Source: Eledone cirrhosa
Lineage: Eukaryota
Assembly (NCBI GenBank): GCA_964016885.1
Contig: OZ024744.1
Span: 92,132,001-92,196,000 of the forward strand
Direction of reading: 5' to 3'
DNA: 64,000 nucleotides
Shown here one piece after another: positions 54,125-64,000 of the stretch. The notes under the pieces are model-generated. The model was not told where the DNA came from and did no database searches. It was given only the letters and a program-made list of their open reading frames with translations. The first letter of the stretch is position 1; every line of letters starts with the position of its first letter. A program made the position numbers and the translations under genes.

Positions 54125-54520
54125 ATTGTTTCTACTTTTGGCACAATGCCAGCAATTAACCAGTACATTACTGGTACTTTACTTTATCGACCCCGTAAGG
54201 ATGAAAAGCAAAGTTAACCTTGGTGGGATTTGACCACAAACCGTAAAGGTACGTAACTCTATGCTGCAAAGCATGGCGTCAGACCCTCTACCGATACTGC
54301 CAATTCACCGCCCTCAGCATTGTATATAATAATATATAATTGTTTCTATTTTTGCCACAAGGCAAAGCAATTACCTCAGTGTATTACTGGTACTTTATTT
54401 TATCTACCCCGTAAGGATGAAAGGCAAAGTTAACCTCAGCGGGATTTGAACTCAGATCATAAAGGTGTATAACTCTATGCTGCAAAGCATGGCGTCCGAC
54501 CCTCTACCGATTCTGCCAAT
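54125..54520 (-). mobile_element. Two SINE A copies
   Basis: Reverse complement of SINE A at 54125-54313 and 54338-54520. Confidence 0.8.
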
Positions 54521-54877
54521 GGCATATGTAAGAAGGCTAAACAATACAAAATGGATGGTGTGATGAAGGCAAAGAAAAAGTTAGTTACCTGGTACTCTAT
54601 GTTGTTGTTGTTTTTTTTTCGTTTCTTTCTTTCCTCCTAATATTTCAAGACTTGAAATTCCTTTCTTCAGTGAATAAGGAACTCTCAGAGGAAAATGTTC
54701 TGGTTTCTTGTCTTCAGAATTAAATTTAGATTTAAATTTTATAAACCACTTTAAAGTGTTGTTTGATGGTTGTTTTGTTATTTACGAGAAGAATGGCGAC
54801 AATTGCTGATGTAGTATTTAATGGAATCTATTTTTTTTTCTTTTTTTTTTTCTATAAGATGTTGTTTAGGTTGGATG

Positions 54878-54957
<80 letters not shown>

Positions 54958-55199
54958 GATGATGGTGATGATGATGATGATGATGATGATGTAATGTATC
55001 CCTGTGTGTCGTAAGAAGCATTGAAAAGGGTTTGTATAAGGAAAAGGCATCTGGCTTTAAAAGATTGCCATATAAAGTCCTGTCCAACCCATGCTAGCTG
55101 TGAGAAATGAGTGATTGATATGAATAAGATTGTCATGGGGAAGCCACAAACTAATCATTGCTTTAGTGCTAGGAAAAATTGTTTCAAAACACCTGTTAT

Positions 55200-55995
55200 T
55201 TCACGGCATAGTTATGGCCGCATATGTTCTGAGTTCAAATCCCACCAAGATTAGCTCTGCTTTTCAGCCTTACAGGGTTGATAGAATAAAGTACCAGTAA
55301 TGCATTGGTGTTTATTTAATCAACTTTCCCCTTCCACAAAATTATTAACCTTGTGCATAAATCATAAACCATTATTGTTGTTGTCACTGCTGCTTTTGTA
55401 AAGATGGTGGATTGGTAAAAATCGGTAGAGCGTCAGAGAACATGGTTTGCAGCTTATATTGGGTCATCAAGTATGAAATTTGTAGAAAGTTGTAGAAAAA
55501 AGAAACAAATTTCTACAAATTTCATATTTGACGACCCAATTGTTACATCCTTGTACGCCCTGAGTTCAAATCCTGCCGAGGTTAGCTTTGAATTTAATCC
55601 TTACAGAATTGGTAAAATAAAGTACCAGTAATGCACTCGGGTTGATTTAATCAACATTAAACTTCGCCCAAAATTGTTGGCCTTGTGCCTAAATCAGAAA
55701 CCATTATTTTTCTTTCTTACGGGGTCGATAAAATAAAGTACCAGTAATGTACTGGAATATTGCTGGCCTTGTGCCTAAAGTAGAAACAATTATTTTTCTT
55801 TCTTATTGCGATGGATTGGCAGTATCGGTAGAGCGTCGGACAACATGCTTTGTGGCATAGAGTTACGTCCCTTTCTGGTCTGAGTTCAAATCCCGCCGAG
55901 GTTAACTTTGCCTTTCATCCTTACGGGGTCGATAAAATAAAGTACCAGTAATGTACTGGGATAATTGCTGGCCTTGTGCCTAAAGTAGAAACAAC
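55200..55995 (+). mobile_element. Cluster of SINE A copies, one interrupted by a mariner-type MITE (~55457-55540)
   Basis: Repeated aaaataaagtaccagtaatg; MITE attgggtcatcaagtatgaaatttgtagaaa / tttctacaaatttcatatttgacgacccaat. Confidence 0.75.
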
Positions 55996-55997
55996 TA

Positions 55998-56196
55998 TTT
56001 TTCTTATTGTCGTTATCACTGCTGTTATTGTTTTTATTGTTGATATTGCTGTTATTATTGTTGTTGACATTTTTGTTGTTGTTGTTGTTGTCGTTGTTGT
56101 CTCTCTTGTTGTTTTTACTGTTGTTGCTGCTCCTGCTGCTGTTGGTGGTGTTTTTATTGTTGTCGTTGTCGCTGTTGCTGCTGCTGTTGTTGTTGT

Positions 56197-56228
<32 letters not shown>

Positions 56229-56340
56229 TTGCTGTTGTTGTTGATGTTGCTGTTGTTGTTGTTGTTGTTGATGTTGCTGTTATTGTTGTTGTTGCAGCTG
56301 CTGTTGTTGTTGTTGTAGCTGTTGAAGCTGTTGTTGCTGC

Positions 56341-56395
<55 letters not shown>

Positions 56396-56629
56396 GGTGG
56401 TGTTGTTGTTGTTGTTGTTGTTGTTGCTGTTGCTGCTGCTGCTGTTATTGTTGTTGTTGCTGTTGTTGTTGTTGCTGTTGTTTTTGTTGCTGTTGCAGCT
56501 GCTGCTGTTATTGTTGTTGCTGTTGTTGTTGCTGTTGTTGTTGTTGCTGTTGTTGTTTTTGTTGCTGTTGCAGCTGCTGCTGTTATTGTTGCTGTTGGTG
56601 TTGCTGTTGTTCTTGTTGCTGTTGCTGTT

Positions 56630-56660
<31 letters not shown>

Positions 56661-56752
56661 CTGCTGTTATTGTTGTTGCTGTTGTTGTTGCTGCTGCTGC
56701 AATTATTGCAGCTGCTCTTTTTGTTATTGTTGCTGTTGTAGTTGTTGTTGTT
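55998..56752 (+). repeat. (GTT/GCT)n trinucleotide tract at a SINE tail
   Basis: Direct observation. Confidence 0.9.
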
Positions 56753-57989
56753 CCTGTATCTCTTTCTCTATAAATCATCTTTGACTTCACTTTTTACCAA
56801 CCCTCTCCTATCTACCCAACCCATCACACCACCACCCACCTCACCCTACCCCACCTTACCCTCGCCGACAACTCCACTCCACCTACTCCGCCCTACTCCA
56901 CCCTACACTACCCTACAACACCACTCCACCTACCCCACCCTACCCCGCCATACAACAACACCTCACCCAACCCCACCCAACCCCACCTACCCCACCCAAA
57001 CCCACCTACTCCACCCTACACTACCCCACCCAACCCCTCCCTTCTTATTCTCATTACTCCATGCTTTTCTTCCTTTTGTCTTTTATTTATCTCCCCCCTC
57101 CTCCTTCTCTCCATCTATCATCATTCAAATCCCCCCCCCTTTCCTTCGCCATATGGTAATTTCTATATATGCATATCTCTGTGCATATGTGTATGTGTAT
57201 GTGTATGTGTATGTGTGTGTATGTGTATGTATATGTATATGTATGCACATGTATAAATGTATGTACGTATGCGTATATGTATGCATGTATATATATATAT
57301 ATATACGTATGTATGTATGTGTATGTACGTACGTATTTATGAGGGATGTGTATGTGTATGTATGTATATGTTTGAGTATGTATGTGTGTGAGTGTATGTA
57401 TGTTATGCGTATATATGTGCATGTGTATGTATGCATATACACATGTATGTGTATGCATAGGTATGTATATATATATGAGTATGTGTGCTTATGTATGTGT
57501 ATATATGTGCATGTGTATATAAATATATATATATATATATATATAAATGTATGTATATATGTGAATGTATATGTATGCTTTTTCATGTATATGCGTATGT
57601 ATGTGTATACATGTTTATGTGTGTATATCATCATCATCATCATCATCATCATCGTTTAACGTCCATGTTCCACGTTTGCATGGGTTTGGATGGGAGTTTT
57701 CCCACTTGAGGCAAGAGTGGTTGTCTTGCTCGCATAGGAATGTCTGGCGGGTTTTCTATAGCTGGATGCCCTTCCTAACACCAACCACATTTATAGCGTG
57801 GGACTGGGAGGTATATATATATATATACGTGTATTTAATGATAACTATGGTGCTTCCATAGGCGGTATGCCAAAATTAGCACTCAATATTCATACAGAGC
57901 AGTGTGTGGATAGTATAAAAAAAACGAAAAATCAGTGATGCATCTGGACTCAGTTTATTGCGTGTTACAATTGTTTCGCCGGCAGGTAG

Positions 57990-58700
57990 CTCGAGACATG
58001 ATCACTGTATGGATCTGGCTGATTCTACGGCTGTAGGTTCCTTCACTCGAGACATGGTCACTGTATAGATCTGGCTGATTCTACAGCTGCAGGTCCTTCA
58101 CTCGAGACATGGTCACTGTATAGATCTGGCTGATTCTACAGCTGCAGGTTCTTCACTCGAAACATGGTCACTGTATAGATCTGGCTGATTCTACAGCTGC
58201 AGGTTCTTCACTCGAGACATGGTCACTGTATAGATCTGGCTGATTCTACAGCTGCAGGTTCTTCACTCGAGACATGGTCACTGTATAGATCTGGCTGATT
58301 CTACAGCTGCAGGTTCTTCACTCGAGACATGGTCACTGTATAGATCTGGCTGATTCTACAGCTGCAGGTTCTTCACTCGAGACATGGTCACTGTATAGAT
58401 CTGGCTGATTCTACAGCTGCAGGTTCTTCACTCGAGACATGGTCACTGTATAGATCTGGCTGATTCTACAGCTGCAGGTTCTTCACTCGAGACATGGTCA
58501 CTGTATAGATCTGGCTGATTCTACAGCTGCAGGTTCTTCACTCGAGACATGGTCACTGTATAGATCTGGCTGATTCTACAGCTGCAGGTTCTTCACTCGA
58601 GACATGGTCACTGTATAGATCTGGCTGATTCTACGGCTGCAGGTTCTTCACTCGAGACATGGTCACTGTATAGATCTGGCTGATTCTACGGCTGCAGGTT
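57990..58700 (+). repeat. 55-bp tandem repeat, ~13 near-identical copies
   Basis: Unit ctcgagacatggtcactgtatagatctggctgattctacagctgcaggttcttca. Confidence 0.95.
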
Positions 58701-58847
58701 CCTTCGGACACGGGTAGTTCGTTCGGAGCAAATTTTCTCACTGGCGTATTATCATAAAAAAACACCTTCAAAAAACATCTTCCACTCTTGTCATGCCATT
58801 GGCTGTTGTTATTCTACGTCTTCTTAAGTTCTGGTCATTATTTATTG

Positions 58848-59032
58848 CGTGGATTGGCAGTATCGGTAGAGGGTCGGACGCCATGCTTTCCAGCATAGTT
58901 AGGTCCCTTTAGGGTCTGAGTTCAAATCCCGCCGAGGTTGACTTTGCCTTTCATCCTTACGGGGTCGATAAAATAAAGTACCAGTAATGTACTGAGTAAT
59001 TGCTGGCCTTGTGCCTAAAGTTGAAACAATTA
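58848..59032 (+). mobile_element. SINE family A copy
   Basis: Full-length match to 2738-2922. Confidence 0.85.
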
Positions 59033-59139
59033 TTTACTGCTACACGGGTCATCAGCCATTTTCCGTCCGACACTTCAATGGAGTCATGCTGGGTTCGGTA
59101 TCTCATACGTCTGTTCACACTCCCGAGTATGTACCCACG

Positions 59140-59196
<57 letters not shown>

Positions 59197-59269
59197 GCAG
59201 GCACACACACATGCATGCATGCATAGACATAATGTACGCACACATGTGTAGACACACATACCCCCATGC

Positions 59270-59312
<43 letters not shown>

Positions 59313-59363
59313 CTCCCTCTCTTACACATACCCAAGCACACCCACACCCACATACAGACCACC

Positions 59364-59402
<39 letters not shown>

Positions 59403-59710
59403 TATGTGTATATGTATGTGTATATATGTATGTATGTATATGTATATGAATGCATATATGTAGGTATGTGTGTATATGTGTATCTGTCTATTTCCCTCTA
59501 CAATTCAATCCTACTCCCCCCCCCACTCCCTCTGCATATATTCAATCAACACCTCCATGTGTGGTCATTTCCATATATGGATATCTCTGCGTAAGTGCAT
59601 GTATATATATGAATGTGTGTATATATGTATGTATATATGTATGTGTGTATGTATGTACATATGTATGTATGTGAGTATGTATGTATCTATGTGTGTGTAT
59701 ATGTGTACGT

Positions 59711-59756
<46 letters not shown>

Positions 59757-60633
59757 ATATATCCATGTATGTGTGTGTGTATGTATGTATATATGTATGT
59801 ATGTATGTATATACATACATACATACACATATATGTATATATATATATATATGTATGTATGTGTATGTATGTATGTATGCATGCATACATCCTTCTATGT
59901 ATGTATGTATATACATATATATATATAAGTATATATATATGTTTCATTTTTTCCGTTCATATATATATATATAAACGTATGTATGTATATTTGTATGTAT
60001 GTATATTTGTATGCATGTATGTATATATATATATATATATATGCATGATGTTTGTATGCATGTATGTATATATGTATGTATATACCTATGTTTTAGTCAA
60101 TCTCCCTCTATAATTAAATCTCCCTTTTCCTTCTCTTCCCCCTCCTCAGCTCCTCATCAGTTCATTCCTTCTCTTTCTCCTTCCTTCCCTCCCTCTTTCT
60201 TTCCTTTACCCCCCCCCCCGCCTTCCTCTCTGTATGTTTAACATATACTCTCCAGTTTGTTTCCTGGTATCCATTTTTTTTATCAGATCTGCCTTTCCTC
60301 GTTATGGGGTCGATAAAATAAAGTACCAGTAATGCACTGGGGTTGATACAATTGAACCTCCCCTTTCACAAAACTGTTGGCCCTGTGTCTAAATCAAAAA
60401 CCATTATTATTATTGTTTTAAAGATGAAAGGCAAGATTAGCTATGACATTCATCCTAACAGGGTCAATAAAATAAAGTACCAGTAATGCACTGGAGTTGA
60501 TTTAATCAACATTCCACTTCCTTTCCAATAGTTGGCCTTGTGCCAAATGTAAAAACAATTATTATTGTTCCAACAGACCATTTGTCAAGATTGTGTTACA
60601 AGCACATCTGAAAGACTTTAGCAACCCTAGTTA

Positions 60634-60664
<31 letters not shown>

Positions 60665-60769
60665 CACACCCTCATACGTTTCCACCATCACTGTCTATCT
60701 ATCTATCTGTCTATCTATCTGTGGCTAATAAAGAAACATATCTATCTATCTATCTATCTATCTTAAAAG

Positions 60770-61430
60770 ATCTGTCCGAGGTGCGTGCGAGACGAAGAAA
60801 CCGTCGCGCACGCATTCATACACTGCCCGGGCGTTACCGACCTGTGGGGCTATGTAGAACGACTATTGTCACGGGTGGGACCAATCCAGTTGACCACCGA
60901 GTCCATTGTCATGATCAAACCGCCACCCTCCTTCAAAAACGAAGGAGAGGCGGTTTTCCTTTGTGTGATAGCTATGGCGAAAGAGGTTGTATGGTGGACA
61001 AGGTTGAAAGGGCTGAGGTCAGACACCTTTCTCTCCGGCCAACAACTGATTCTTTTTTTCAAATACCACTTTGGAAGAAGAATCAGGATGGAGAGAGAGG
61101 TGCTGTACCCCAGCAAGTTTTATGAAAGGTGGGTGAAAGTGGCGAGAATGGCCCGAGTGAATGGGCCTTCTCTCTATATCAGCCTGTAGGTTGAGGAAAA
61201 AGAGGAAGAGAGGAAAGGGGTACAAACTCTTCATGATGAGGGTTGCACATTTTTTCGGGGGTATGTGTTACCCATATGTACCCATATGTCTCCTCCTATT
61301 GGGGAAAATCGATTAACTTTTAAATTACATTTGTGATAATATTTTACACGTTTTTTATTGTATGTAAACTTCCCCCTTTGTATTTGTCCCCTTCTTTTGT
61401 GCCCCTGTGGCTAATAAAGAAACATATCTA
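60770..61430 (+). mobile_element. Tx1/L1-like LINE 3' fragment flanked by (TATC)n
   Basis: ETVAHAFIHC..KVARMARVNGPSLYISL*; extra tggctaataaagaaacata end at ~60720-60740. Confidence 0.85.
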
Positions 61431-61916
61431 TCTATCTATCTATCTGTCTGTCTATCTATCTATTTAACTATCTATCTATCTATCTATCTATGTGTCTGTC
61501 TATCTGTCTGTCTATCTATCTGTCTGTCTATCTATCTATCTATCTGCATTGATACGTCCCCCCTCCCCCAAATATATAACTCATAACCACATGAAGAAGT
61601 GAAGTAGTTTTCTATTACCATGTGGTAAATGTCTACATGGTGTAGGTTTTTTTTGAAGTTAATGGCTGCAGAGTTTTAACTCATGTAAATACATGCATAT
61701 GGCTATCCCAGTTTTACCACATACATGGTGGATATAGCTGGTATTGAAATAACATATCTCATAGTTAAATAACAATAACAGGAATAACAACAACACATAC
61801 ACACACACACATACACATATATGTTTAATATATATATATGTGTTTATATATATATATATATGTGTGTATATGTATATATGTATATATATTATGTATATAT
61901 ATATGTATATATATAT

Positions 61917-61976
<60 letters not shown>

Positions 61977-62086
61977 GTCTGTGTGTGTGTGTATGTATGT
62001 GTGTGTGTATATACGTGTGTGGGTATATATATATGTGTGTATATGTATATATGTATATATATATATGTATATGTATATATATGTAT

Positions 62087-62143
<57 letters not shown>

Positions 62144-62159
62144 TATACATATATATATA

Positions 62160-62193
<34 letters not shown>

Positions 62194-62203
62194 TTGTTCA
62201 TAT

Positions 62204-62241
<38 letters not shown>

Positions 62242-62569
62242 GTTTAGATGTGTATATATACATATATGTATCACGTCCTCTCTAGATTTGGGTCTTTTGA
62301 TCTTAGTATATATTATTATTGTTATACACACATATATATATATATACACAGCACCCATATATATATATATTATGTATATATATATATATATATACAGCAC
62401 CCATTAACCCCAAATCAAAACAATGACCCAGTGAGCCTCTCCCAGGAAGTCAGCTAAAATAGACCCCTTTTTCTAGCTTCATCCACCCTACTGCAGTAAT
62501 TGAGACTGATAGTTCTGTTGTTTTCTCCACAGGAAGGTCCTCCCATGCCCTCCCCTCCTCATCCTCCAT

Positions 62570-62606
62570 CTCCTCCTCCTCCTCCTCCTCCTCCTCCTCC
62601 TCCTCC

Positions 62607-62642
<36 letters not shown>

Positions 62643-62680
62643 CCATCATCACCGCCATCATCTTTATCACCATCACCATT

Positions 62681-62729
<49 letters not shown>

Positions 62730-62767
62730 CCATCCTCATCATCATACTCGTCATCAGCATCACCATT

Positions 62768-62832
<65 letters not shown>

Positions 62833-62862
62833 TATCACCATCATCATCGTCATCATCACCAC

Positions 62863-62903
<41 letters not shown>

Positions 62904-63000
62904 CAACCATCATGGTCGTCATCATCAACAACACCATCACCATCACTGTCATCATCATTGTCATCATCATCATCATCATCATCACCATCATTGTCATCAA
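62570..63000 (+). repeat. (CCT)n/(CAT)n tract
   Basis: Direct observation. Confidence 0.95.
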
Positions 63001-63194
63001 CTTTTACTTCTTCCTCCTCCCCCCTCAAGCCCTTCCGTCTCCCTAAACCCGCTCCTCTCCTCTCCCTTCCTGCCACCTCCTACTCTCCCTTCTCCTTTGG
63101 TTCCCTCTTTGTTTCTATGTGAGAGGAATAACAGTAGAAGTTTGGTGTAGTCTAGAACACAGCACGTGCCATTGTATGATACCAGAATGCAGTT

Positions 63195-63407
63195 GATTGG
63201 CAGTGGATTTGTAGAGCGTCAGACACCCTGCTTCATGGCATAGAGTTACAGCCCTTTATGTTCAGGTTTCAAATCCTGCCGAGGTTAGCTTTGATTTTCA
63301 TCTGTACAGGGTTGATAAAATAAAGTACCAGTAATGCGCTGGGGTCGTTTCAATCGACTTTTTCCTCTTCTAAAATTGCTGGCCTTGTGCCTATATCAGA
63401 AACCATT
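63195..63407 (+). mobile_element. SINE family A copy (diverged)
   Basis: gattggcag..ttcaaatcctgccgagg..aaagtaccagtaatg. Confidence 0.75.
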
Positions 63408-63409
63408 AT

Positions 63410-64000
63410 ATGACACAACAACTGGTCTAAGACATAGCAACAACTGGTCTAAGACATAGCAACAACAGCTGATTTATGACATAGCAACAACTGGTCTATG
63501 ACATAACAACTGGTCTATGACAAATAACTGGTCTATGATATAACAACAACTGGTCTATGATGTAACAACAGCTGGTCTATGATATAGCAACAACAACTGG
63601 TCTATGACATAGCAACAATTGGTCTATGACATAACAACTGGTCTATGACAAATAACTGGTCTATGATATAACAACAACTGGTCTATGATGTAACAACAGC
63701 TGGTCTATGATATAGCAACAACAACTGGTCTATGACATAGCAACAATTGGTCTATGACATAACAACTGGTCTATGACAAATAACTGGTCTATGATATAAC
63801 AACAACTGGTCTATGATGTAACAACAGCTGGTCTATGACATAACAACAACTGGTCTATGACATAGTAACAACTGGTCTATGACATAGCAACAGTTGGTTT
63901 ATGACATAACAACAACTGGTCTATGACATAGCAACAACAACTGGTCTATGACATAGCAACAACTGGTCTATGACATAGCAACAACAAGTCTATGACATAG
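63410..64000 (+). repeat. ~19-25-bp tandem repeat with a 128-bp higher-order period
   Basis: Unit ~acaactggtctatgacatagca; variant caaataac recurs at 63521, 63649, 63777. Confidence 0.9.

Noticed and set aside
55921-56790. Thr/Ala- or Val-rich ORFs
   Set aside because: Trinucleotide expansion at a SINE tail
57990-58700. 55-bp array as CRISPR or coding repeat
   Set aside because: No variable spacers; unit length not a multiple of three
62450-63150. Acidic or His-rich ORFs and a nearby acceptor-like ttttctccacag
   Set aside because: Microsatellite-derived; no supportable exon chain

Overview
AT-rich, repeat-saturated eukaryotic DNA. The tRNA-derived SINE, RTE LINEs with (GAT)n tails and huge (TA)n/(CAC)n tracts resemble an octopus/cephalopod genome (inference). 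No intact host gene was recognised, and most ORF-track entries are microsatellite artefacts. Contents: RTE and Tx1/L1-like LINE relics, two SINE families, mariner/hAT/Helitron relics nested in each other, several TE-derived minisatellites, and Penelope-like elements (PLEs), including a ~3-kb palindromic RT+GIY-YIG copy. Two things stand out. (1) There are about 14 type I hammerhead-ribozyme (HHR) motifs of several families. Many sit back-to-back in small palindromic elements within (TA)n, and one has a 55-bp satellite expanded inside stem II. (2) A ~3.8-kb multi-gene cassette (43.8-47.6 kb) carries an SGNH esterase gene split by two tiny introns, a BACK-like ORF, repeated upstream/downstream motifs and a terminal hairpin. 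All coordinates were read by eye; element boundaries are approximate.
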